The notes under the pieces: model-generated | Databases searched by the model: none | Seen by the model: only the letters and a program-made list of their open reading frames with translations | What the model was told of the DNA's origin: nothing | Shown here: positions 1 through 12,300 of the stretch, piece after piece | Numbering within the stretch: the stretch's first letter is position 1 | Layout: each line of letters starts with the position of its first letter | Source: Lingula anatina | Lineage: Eukaryota; Animalia; Brachiopoda | NCBI GenBank assembly: GCA_051362555.1 | Contig: CM120642.1 | Location: 13,826,001 to 13,890,000, forward strand | Direction of reading: 5' to 3' | Length of the DNA: 64,000 nt | Position numbers and translations under genes: made by a program

Positions 1-3000
1 AATGAATTAGTTTATTTCTGATGGTAAATATAGCATGGAGTCGATATAAAAATAGTTTAGATTACATACTTCCATTATCTTAACCTTATATCTTTGTCTC
101 TCCATTTTTTTTTCAACATCTCAAATTAAATACATTTTCTGCTATTTACTAGAGAAGTACCAAATCTACCAAAATGCAGGAAACGTTTTAAATGTCTTCC
201 TTTCTGCCCTGTACTGGCCTGAGTCTGTGTGATAATATGACAGCCAGGTACTGCTGGATCTGACTTCATACTTGTCATTGTGCCTTTCTGACCCATTTTT
301 TAAAACATATTATAGAACAGCAATAGGGCCAGGAAAGTTGTGTAAAGGATTTGAATATTTTCAGTTTTTAAAAAGAGTATTGTGTAGTGAATGAATTTGA
401 GTGTGCATTAAGAATTTACCTTGAATTTGCCATAAAAGTGATGGATAGATAAGTAGTTTCTAAATAAAACCTAAATAGATAAATGAATTATTAGATAAAC
501 AAATAGATATTAATAAGTAACTGGTTATTTATCGATTTGTGAATTGTTTAAATTACTGCACAAACTATGAAAAATGAATATAGTACCTTTGATGCCATCT
601 TTGCTTCACTAAATTTTGTAAAAACACTACACTATCAAATTAATTAATTTCAGAACATGAATGAAATTAAAATGTCTATTTTGGTGATAAAAATGTGTTA
701 AAAGCTGCGTAAATGAATAATAAGGAGAAAATTTAGGATATTTTTTATAAGTACCTCAGAATTGAGAGTGTCAACTCCAAGGCCAGACCATGAAATGCTC
801 AGTGGGGCACAATGACAAGCAGAATCCTCAGGGAATGGCTGTTTTATGCCTTATGTGGCTGTAGACTTTTATCATTCAATCGGTTTGTCAATTTCATTCT
901 TTGAATTTTTTTCAGTTTCAGAAACCACAAATTTTCAGTTCAGTTTTTCAGTAGAACTCCTGTATTTATATTTGTATATGTATATACATTTGCACTTTTT
1001 ATGTATATATATATATATTTATGACCATGTGATTTGTGAACTTGAGTCGCCCTAAACATAATTATTATTATTATTATTAACATTCTCATTAGATGACGCT
1101 TTCTGAAATTCTCACCACCAAATATACGTGTCGTTCTTTTATTATTATTATTTTATCAACTAAATTAGATGTGGACACAATCTTAGTTATTGAGTTGTGT
1201 TGAAATCCATCCACAACATCAGTTCTTCATGGCTCAGATGTGCTACTGACACTATCAAGGGGGGGTCCAGTAACGTTGCCTGAAGAAGAAAGGGTGGATG
1301 AATATGTAAAACGGCCTGCCACAAATTATCATCTTCCTTATAAATAAAAGAAGCCATGCTTTGCTATAAATCAAATGTTACTGCAACAAATGGGGCTGGT
1401 ATAGCCTTTTTCAGGGTTTTTACCTGGTTATTCTGATCTTTGGTTGAATTTTAGGTAAACACCTTGTCAAAAGATGTTTTTTGTATGCAGAGATAGATTC
1501 CCACAAAGTTAAGATTTGGAAGAAAGCAAAAATGCAACATGATGTATAAATTGGCCCATGGTAATATTTCTTTTGGAATATGCCATCTAAGCTGCTATTT
1601 GTCCACCCCTTCTGAAAGGTTTTCTTCCTGGATTCTCTTACCAGCTTCAAACTGAGTATGGCTATACACCTTGACAGCTTAGACAAGTGCCTCGATGCTT
1701 GATACACTACGTATTTCACAACTGACAGATGGAACATTATTCCAGCTATTATAAATAATTGTTTTCGGAAGTTTGTATTTTGGCTTATCTGTTTAAACAG
1801 AAAAGGGTACATGAAAGCGAATTATTGTTCCATTTGATCACAACTGCCTTTATACTTGTTTACATTATTTTATTTTATGTTATTTTTCAGCATGCATTGC
1901 CTATTTTTTTATACGTGTGCTGTACCCATTGAATTGTCTGTTCATATAATTTGGTGTGTTTACCTGTCCTGTTTTGTCTTCCAAACTTATATATGAAGGT
2001 ACCTGTTCAGAATACATAAAACAAAAAAGCATATCTTTTTATTTTTTTCATCAAGAATTGAGTATGATATTATGCTATAATGATGTCATAGAGAAAAGTT
2101 TTAATTAACCAAACTTGTTGACCTCATAATTTCTCCTAAATCCCTTAAAAATATTGATTCCTGTTGATGTGAAATTGATATGTATAAGAATTCAGTTCTG
2201 AAAAAAAAAAACAGTAAATACTCTTATCTAGATTTTGTTCAGTTTTGTCAACAGAATAAAGTTTCCCAGTGTAAGTCTGAACAGAAACCATTATGTTATA
2301 CATGTAAACTCCATTGCAATAAACAATTATGTTCTGACACTGTGATTACCAATAGAAGAGGTGACTCATCCCTGCCTTGATTTTGTAGATCAAAGGACTA
2401 CTGATTTAACTTGTGCTTTGCTCAGCAATCAGATTTGGATATTTGTAACTAAATTAGATTATGATAGAGTTAAAATCCAGTTGGGCAATGTTTCATAGCG
2501 AAGGAATCTACAGAAAGTATTTTTGTTATATTTTGTATGGGGGACCTGGTGTGATATACTTTAAATGTATGGAATCACACTGGATTTCCCTTAATTTCAA
2601 GGCACAAAAACGACTTTCCTTAATTTATCAAATTGAATATTAACTTCAATTTGTGAATACTTGCCATCTGAAATCAAAGACATTTGTTTGCTGAGCATTT
2701 CTTTCATTTATGGTTCTTTTCAAGATTAGTTTAAAATAACTTCTCTAAACATGCCATATTTTAATTTGTCTTGTTATTTTTTGAGAATGATAATCAAATA
2801 TGTATGGTCAAAAAATCCTACCATTTTCAGTTATAAGTGATTAACAAAGTCCATTTTATTTATTTATTTATTGGTTGAAAAGGTGATATTGTACTATTGC
2901 ACAGATTTCTTTGATTTGATTTGTTAAGTCACCCATTTTCCTTTAGTGAAGAGGGATTTTAATCATCATAAAAGGAGTTAGTTGAGCTGTTTTGTTTCAA

Positions 3001-3304
3001 AGTAGATGAATGATACTAATTGCAGGTTGAAAAATTACCTTTAGTATCTGCAAATCAAGGGGGTAGTTACCTAATTCTGTTGTGTTTTCACATGTCACAT
3101 ACCAAATGTTGCAGATTTTGTCTAAAATTGTATTAAAATTGTGTACACAAAGCTTGCAATTTGGCCAAAAATAAGCAGGCAAATCTAATAAGTTAAAGGA
3201 AAGGTTTCAGCAATTCAGTGCTGGTAATAGGGCCACTTTTTCAATTCACTCATTCTGCACAGCGGGGGGATTGTGACCCAATGTTTCTTTGTGTATATTT
3301 GTAG

Positions 3305-6300
3305 AAGAGCAGATGAAAAACCAAACAACACTGAAGGTGGCAGTGATAATGAAGCTGAGGAACCTGGAGAGGAAGGGTCAGATGGTAAGATTTTAAAAAA
3401 AATTGAGTTTAAAGGGTTTAGAGGATTAGTACCGTTCATAGTTTGCCAAAATTTTGCAAATGTTTCCTATGTATATACATTTCAACTTTTGATTTTAGGA
3501 GAAGGTGAAAAGAAGAAAGAAGAGGAAGATGAGCCTGCATTTGGCAAACCTAAACCAATGTTACCTTACAGCTCTATGTTTATCTTTGGACCTAAAAACC
3601 CGTAAGCAGAATTTCATAGTTGAGAATATCTGCCAGTATTAAAAACTGCATTTACTATTATTGCTGACAACAGAAAGCACATTGTATTTTTCTTGTCTTT
3701 TTGAATGTCGGAAAATGTGTTTCATTCATGCATACCTTTTCTAAAAGATTTTATTTCATGATCGACTTCATGTTTTTCAGAGTGCGTAGGATATGTCACT
3801 TTGTAGTGAACCTGCGCTACTTCGACCTTTTCATTATGATAGTAATCTGCGCTAGTAGTATTGCCCTTGCAGCAGAGGACCCAGTGGATGAAAACTCATT
3901 CCAAAACCAGATACTGAATTATTTTGATTATGTTTTTACTGGCGTCTTTACTGTGGAAATGATCCTCAAGGTTTGTATTATAAATTGTAATATATAACCC
4001 TACTCAATCCAAAATTTCAAGAAAATGCCACTGATGTTTGACATTTATCTGTCGTCAATATATTCATTTTCCGCATCTTATCTGAAAAAGATAAAGATCC
4101 TCATTGGAAATAAATATGTGAAAAAATAACACTCAAAGATTCAAAAGACACTGTACGACTAATCAGATTGTCCACAGGTATTCACGTCCATTATAGTTTC
4201 GAAATCTGGCATTTACACCTATTTAATCCTAATATCATAAATTTACCAAATGATAAAAAAGAAAAATTCTTGTCATTGCGCCTGTTCACATGTATAAATG
4301 ACTTCTTTTAATACACCTTTACCCTTCAGATTGTTGACCTTGGTATCTTGTTTCATCCTGGAGCCTACTTCCGTGACCTGTGGAACATTCTGGATGCCAC
4401 TGTGGTAACCTGTGCCCTTGTGGCATTTGCATTCAGGTGAGTGTCCATTATTCAGTAAATTATATTATTGGGAATGAACCAATCCCATCAGCTTTTGCAT
4501 TTGCTGGCTGTATGGTGTTCAAGTTTTTTTTCTGAAATATTCTTCAGAAGGAGGAATGGTAAAAGATATGTACATCACTTAGGCTTTAGTTATAGGTAGG
4601 TTAGTTTTAAGCTTAGTTTGAAGAGTGTGAATATGACAGGCAAGAAACAATTTGGCGAGTGTCAAATGTGAACAGCAGTAATTTGGAAGATGGCATAGAT
4701 ATAGCTCAGTTGTCCATCTCATTTAATTTATAAAACAAAACTTTTTATCTGTTCATTCAGATTCTGGACTTATAATGATGTTTTCAATCAGCATAGGCTG
4801 AGTGATGAAAAACTGTACTAATTTTGATTGATAACTTATGCATGGTTACATTTATATACCTGTACAGTTGAAAGTGGGACAAATTACATCCAAATGTCTT
4901 CTCAAAACCAAGAGAAAACACTACTAAATAACGGTTGCTTTTTAACTAAGAAATCAACCCTTTGCCATTATGATTTTCATGGCATTCATTTAGTGTTTAT
5001 TCCAAATTTGCAATAATTTTTTGTGACAATTTTCTTAAATGTATAACCAAATCATAACAGCAGGGGCGGATCCAGACATATTTTCTGACAGTCTTCCAAA
5101 TTATCTTTGTTGATCCATTCTTCATTTTTGACCGTCTTCCGACAGAAAAATTAGTTACCCGTTATTGTAAACTTGAAAATCTGACCGTTTACCGGAAGAC
5201 CCAGAAGACGGCCTAAATCCGCCCCTGAACAGCATATTAGTGCTTGCTTCCATACATTAAAGGAGTTATCTGTGTACAATAGGAATACATTAATTTTATT
5301 TTTTTAATGGTGTAAGGATATTTACATAAGGGAGCAAAGTCAGTAGTTACGTTTAAAGTTAATTGTCCTCATCTGAGAGTGTGATTTTAAAAATATCAGA
5401 CATGAATAGGCAAAGGTGCTCATGTGTTGAAAATGTAACTTTTTTTTCGATTGCATGTTTTTTTCTAATTATTGAATGTGCTGTGAAACGTCCTGTTTGA
5501 ATCAAAATGATCCATCTGTAAGCCCAGCCATGAATGATCTCGGTGCCTGTCTCTCTTTCGTCCATTATTTCTGGCTGTTGCCTTTAATTACCTTTTGACC
5601 TTGATCTGACCTTTATATCTCAAAGCTTATTATGAACTTTGACCTCTTATATTGTTCACTAAACATTAAGCTGGATAACTGAGGCAAACAAACCATCTGA
5701 AGGGTAAGATTTTGGTTTAATCTAATGCACATTTTCTCACTTTGTTTTCAGTTTTAGTTTATCAGGAAAAAAATCTGTGTTTTGAAAATTTGAAGATTTT
5801 AGAAAAAGATTTGCACTGTTTTATGATATTGCATAACTGTATTTTTGATTCACACATTGTCATATGCCCATTAAAATTATCGACGATTTTGAAAACCCTA
5901 GCTATTAAAAGGGGCAAGATTTTAAAGAGGTATACTAACAATACTAACATGCAACAGTGTGCTTCTTTAACAGTAATACAGACCTGTGAAAATACATTAT
6001 TGGTTTTTATAAAACCTAGAAGTAACTTTGATTATATGAGATTTGAGAAGGAAATTTTATATTGATTAAAAGGTCCAGGAAATAATATTACGACTTAATC
6101 ATTTTACCCATCATAGCTTTTATCAGATCCGTTATTCGTAAGTGTCCGTGTGTCTCCCGGATCATTGGATATAGGCACACATGCTTGGCTGCCTTATAAT
6201 GCACCTCTACAAAAAAATACTGCAATCTGTTAAACATGCTTACTGGGAGAGAGATGAGAGAGAGAGAGAGAAAGAGAGAGCTGGTGTGAGAGAGAGAGAA

Positions 6301-9300
6301 AGAGTTGGCTTTCATATTCTATGGCTCTGGCATTTCAGCTATTTGTACCTTGAAATGCATTCATTTCAGCAGCTCCATCACTCACTGCATCCATCTTGGA
6401 ACGCCTGTCATTCTGATATGCTATACAAATATTTTTGTACATATAACTATATTCTGCTCTTAAGCTAACAATTTCCATTTCTTGCTCTGCCATAAATGTC
6501 ATTGTATGGTCAAACTCTTACATACACAGGTTTGCCAACTTCTGAAAAAAATGTGTTGATGTATTATTGTTAATTTTGCTATAAACCATAATAGAGTAAC
6601 AGACTAAAACAAAAAGAAATAATAGGCATGATAGAAGAATGAAAAGCTCAGTTGGCACACCTGTATGCTGCACCATGATTGAAGTGGCAAAATAACATCA
6701 CTCTTATACATAGCTTGTGCACCCATTGATAGTATGTTGCCAGTTTTTGTGTATATAGAAATGCTTTTGATTCAAACCTGAAGAGGTCATTGTACCAATT
6801 TATCGAAAGTTTTAGGATTGTTTGTATTATTATGAGACATACATTTGAATGTATTTTACATATATTTTAATGTTTACTGCTGCATCAGTTTATTTTTACC
6901 AATTACAGAATTGTTATGACAGCTATGTGGAGTCTAGGATCAGTAGTTGCCCTTATTTTATTCTGAACAGTTTGTGTAATTTAGATTGCAAAAAAATGGG
7001 ATGTTCCTTTTTTGGAGTTTGTAGTTTGTATCGAAAGAGTACATGAATTGATTTATTTGCATTTTGATTTTTTTTGTCATTTTAGGGTCTGTTTTTCAAC
7101 AAGATGGTGCTAAAAGTTTATCATTTTCTAATGTTTGACTCATTTTAACAAAATCAAGGTCGTCAATTTGCATGATTTGTTTAGCTAAATAAGCCATTTT
7201 GGATTTTAATTCATTCTGAAGTTAATAGATTTCATTCATCAAATAAAAGCAGTATTTTAAAGCAGTCTATCCTACAAAAAATGTCAGGAATTGTCGGTTT
7301 GGGTGTATACTTCCCTTCACAAATATTGATAATGATTATATAATTTAAATATATCTGGAAAAAAGGAAATTATGAAGTCTTATATTTCGGTTAATTTGAC
7401 CAAATGAACAGAAGCTGAAAAGTATTACTGCATATATATACTTATGATGAAGGGTTGTTTTGAATAGCATGCTCGGTAAAACTATCACTTTTTTAGCATT
7501 AAAAATATACAGATTCATTATCTTTCTTAATTTTTATTGAAACACAATAATAGAACTATCCAAAGTTTTGCACAGGATTGTTGTTCATTGAATTGGTAAA
7601 TTTGAGCAAATATCTATTGCGCCTCTTGTACATTGCAGTGGGGAAACAGGATCTGCTGCTGGCAAGAACTTAAATACCATCAAATCACTCAGAGTGCTAA
7701 GAGTACTGAGACCACTCAAAACTATCAACAGAGTGCCCAAACTTAAGGTAAGTGCACAAAAACTAAAACTTAAACTGGACTTAAAATGTCTGCAGCTGGC
7801 ATCAGTGATGAGTCAATGCTGTGTGAATTTGTGTTGCATGCATGTGTATATGGACTATTGACTAAGCTATTTAAAAACGTTAATTTGAATATGAGTGCAG
7901 TGACAAGTTTAAGCATGTTTTTGCATTCCATATGGACACAAGGTCTATAAAGTGTACTTTTAAATGTATTTCAGGCTGTGTTTGACTGTGTGCTGTCATC
8001 ACTGAAAAATGTATTCAACATCCTCATAGTGTACACTCTCTTCCAATTGATATTTTCCGTGATTGCCGTTCAGCTATTTAAAGGAAAGTTCTATCACTGC
8101 ACAGACTCATCAAAGATGGAAGAGAAAGAGTGCCAGTGAGTAACAAACCTTGTTTTACAGGATTTTTTTTATCTTAAAGATTTTATGTCAGTTCTGAATC
8201 AGATAATATACATCTGAAGGCCCTTTTTGTCTTTTTTATTGTTAGGAAATACATGTGAGGAATGTTTTGTGAGGAATCTATTAAAGTATTTTAGAGGACA
8301 AAAGTTAACAAATACTATAAGACTCTGCCAGTGAATGACTGAGTCAGCTGAATGCGAAATGAGGAGATGAAATGTACTGGGATCATTATTGATTCTTCTT
8401 TTGTCATTTTAGGGGACAATATTTTGTATATGAAAGTTCAGACGATTCTGATGCCCAGACTCCGAAAGTGGAAGAGCGTGTATGGGAGCCATATGACTTT
8501 GCCTATGATAATGTAGCTATGGCATGGTTAACACTGTTTACTGTATCCACGGGAGAAGGATGGCCTCAGTAAGCACTACTTTCAGTCAACTTTGTGCATT
8601 CTAGCATATTATTATTGAAGTTGCCAAAAACATTCAACAATCAAAGCTTGACTTGAAGATTACCGTGTTTTGCCATTTTATACGTAATCTTATACACGAG
8701 TTTTTTCACAAGCCAGGATTTCTTTAATTAAGTGTTAGAATTAAAATGAAAAAATAAATAAAATGAATTAAAATGAATACAGCTTGTGGAACCACTCTGT
8801 ATTCCTGCATAATTTATACTATGCCAGGTCCCACTTGTTTACATTGAGCACTCCTGTTTCAGGGTACTCCAGCATTCCATGGACTCCACAGAGGAAGGAA
8901 GAGGTCCTTCACCCGGTGCCCATCAGGAGACAGCCATGTTTTATGTTGTCTTCTTTATTGTCTTTCCATTCTTCTTTGTCAATATATTTGTTGCCTTAAT
9001 CATCATTACATTTCAAGAACAAGGCGAAAATGAGCTTGTGGACCAGGATTTAGATAAAAATCAGGTAACGTCTTCACTTGCTATGGCCTAACAAAGGATA
9101 ATATGTGCATGACCAAATGGTCAGATATTGTTATATTCAGGCACAATTTTTCTGACATCATTCCAATTTTTTCTTGCAAATTTGCCACGTTAAGGGACCT
9201 CCATACCCTCCAGTCTTATGGCCACTAAGCCATTTTACCTACTTGTTTTTAGATGTGTATAATTTATGGTAAAATGGTGAAGTTGGACTAACTTTTTGTG

Positions 9301-12300
9301 GTGTATGGTAGTTGAAAATCTGTCTGATTGCTTTCTGCAGCTAATTAAGCTCGTAGTTTAATTTCTTAAATTTATTCTTGTATCATATTGAATAATTACC
9401 ATTCCTTAGTTTTTAATCTTGTTTCATGCTTTTTTTATTTTTTAAAATATGTAGTAAAGAATGGTTTCTTCTTTCCAATTTTACAGAAACAATGTATAGA
9501 CTTTGCTATTCATGCAAGGCCTATATGTCGCTATATGCCCAAAAACAAAGACTCTGTAAAGTTTCGCATTTGGAAACTTGTCACATCTGCACACTTTGAG
9601 TATTTTATCATGGGCATGATTGCTTTGAACACAGTGGTACTCATGATGAAGGTATGTATTTAAGTATGAAATTGTAACATTTGTAAGCTGGAAATCAATT
9701 AACTGATTGTTTAGAACTGTTTTAACTTGTGTCAAGTGTTGAAATGGTTTTGAAATAGTCATACTGTAGAGTTTAAGATTACTCTATAATTTTAAAGCAA
9801 ATTAAAATTGTTGACAAATGAAGTTATGATTTTTTATCAAAAAGAACTTATTGTTGGCAAAAAAGATAAATCATTTATTTCAGAATTTATCACCAATTAC
9901 CATTATCTTTATTTTTCTGTCAGTTTTGATTCCAGGCTGAGACCTTGACATCTTTTTACTTTCTTGATAATTGTTGATGATTTGTTTGTCAGTAAATAGA
10001 ATGATTGCTGATAAGATAATGAATTAAATGTTTAGGTTATCACCTATTTTTTAATGAAGAATTACAGTCAATGTTTTATATTATATTTTCCATAATAACA
10101 AGAGATTTATATATTTTTAAATTGTATTGCTTCAAACTATATCAACTTTAATATGAATGATTTCTTTATCTCTCCACAGTTTTATAATATGCCAGAAACA
10201 TACACCTACGTCCTTAGCTACCTTAATATTACCTTCACCATCTTATTTACCGTGGAATGTGTCCTTAAGATTATTGCTTTTGGACCAAAGGTAAAAATGA
10301 ATGCTGACTTAGCTCTTGCTTTAGGGTGGTGGTGAAGGGAAACTTTAAGAAAAAGAATGAATAATATGAAATAGCCTTATCTTTTTTTCTTATCACACTG
10401 CACAGAGATGTTATATATATATATTATGGGCTTGGTGGGTTTTTGGTTCAACAATTTGAAAACCAAAACATTTAACTTCCTGAAGTCAGCAAGTTTTTAC
10501 AGCTTTTAACAATTTATTTTTGACTGAAGGTTTGGTTTAGCTTTTGGAAAGTTTTAATGACACATATTTATGAAGTGCCCACACTCTGTGATAAGACAAG
10601 AGAGATGAGGTATATTTTTGCCTTGCTGAACCAAGTTAACTTGTAAACTCATGCTTCTGGCAGTATTCTTACCATCCCATGGTATGCCCCTTTTCATTTT
10701 AAAAAGATGATGGATTCACAAGATGGTTGACTTGTAATCTGAATCTAGGTATGCCCTTTGGACTTTAAAATTCACACATGACCTTTCAAAGTCTACATCC
10801 TGCTGTTATGACCCTCACCCTAGATACTCAAAGTGCATTAAAAAAAATAGTGATCCTTATTAGAATAGAAAAATTTCCTAAGTAGTATGTAGGTCCTCAA
10901 TGGTTAAGCTATGAAGAAACTCCTGTGTGCATAACCCATGACTTTAAGTGGTTTGCACCTGTGTTCTAACTGATGGCTTGTGGTGTTAGGAATTACTGTT
11001 CCAGTACCACTATTTCAGATCATGTGTCGTTATTATCAGTTTTCTTTCTCATCTTCAGGGTAGTGGCCTGCAGCCTTTCTTTCAACCTTGGTGCTAGATT
11101 TGGTTTTACAACATTTAGACCTTTTTCATTTTGATTTTTAATGCTTTGTATTAGATATACTTTGGGGAAGAAGATAAACTTACCCAGACGCAGATTACCT
11201 ACAATGCATTCTTGCAACATTTCAATACTGGCTTTACAGCCATCTTTGTGACAGAGAGTATACTAAAGATGATTGGCTTTGGAGTCAAGGTTTGAATGTA
11301 TATGTGCATAATAAAATGTTATGTTCACATGGCCATTAAGTGCTTAATGTATGTCCTAGAAATGGTGTAAAATTCATGGTATTCTTGTTCGATGTTTTGT
11401 TTATTTAGGTCTTCATGTGACTTATGAAAATATACATGTAATTGAATGAATTTGTCAATCTTGCAATGTTTGGGAAAACAAAGTTTTTTAAAGACATTTT
11501 TTGGTGAACTTTCCACTTACTTTTTTGAATATTTATTTTAATAATGAAATGTGTTATCCAAAGATATACTTATCAATGTTATGTGTATTCAAATTTTTTT
11601 TAATGGGATTTAAAAAAAATTTCACTTTTTCATTTGTTATGGCAAACCATGAGTTTTCAACCATTGTGTGTCTATTTCTCTCTCTCTCTTTCTCTGCTGG
11701 GCTCTTTGTTGTAATTCTTTAACAAGATGTTGTTTTACTTGTAGTCTCTTGTTGTAAGTCTCCCCCCTCAACCTACAATGTTTTCTTGGGTGTATGCTTC
11801 TGTCCAAGATACATGTGTAGTGTATTTAGTGGATTACATGGAGAATTCTAGTGCTGGGATACTTCTTTAAGCAGATTCTTTTGTACCAGGTCTTGATTTT
11901 GCAGTGTCAATGCCAGGTGGATTTCATTAAAACAAAAACTTCATGGTGTTTAGTTTACATTCAATTTTCCAGGACCCAAGAAATGTTATGCAACTATCCC
12001 ATTTATGTTGTCTCTGCACCAGTCATGCCACATTGTTAAAAGCAAAAAAAGTTGATATTTGGTATTTACACCTACCCCTTTCATTAGTTGAAAGTCATGT
12101 AAATTATGTCAAAATACATCACATGATTTGGCAACTTATGGTCAAGTTAGTGATGTGCAACACCAAAAGATGTCCATCATACAATAAAATGATCATATAC
12201 TGATGCCAGAGGTGCCACAGTAAAGGTGACTTTTTATATTTGATCAAAAATTTTTAAAACCCCATAGTCATATTTTTTCATCTTTTCAAAGCTTCTTTGG

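Noticed and set aside
755-1345. GC-richer, protein-like stretches upstream of the first Cav2 exon (ELRVSTPRPDHEM..., GSDVLLTLSRGGPVTLPEEERVDEY...) as II-III linker exons
   Set aside because: In-frame stops and no convincing acceptor/donor pair; the upstream phase is outside the window. Alternative terminal exons cannot be excluded.
11041-11100. Strong pyrimidine tract + CAG at 11058 as an extended acceptor for exon IVS2-b
   Set aside because: In-frame TAG occurs before the S2-b coding sequence; no frame-preserving donor found.
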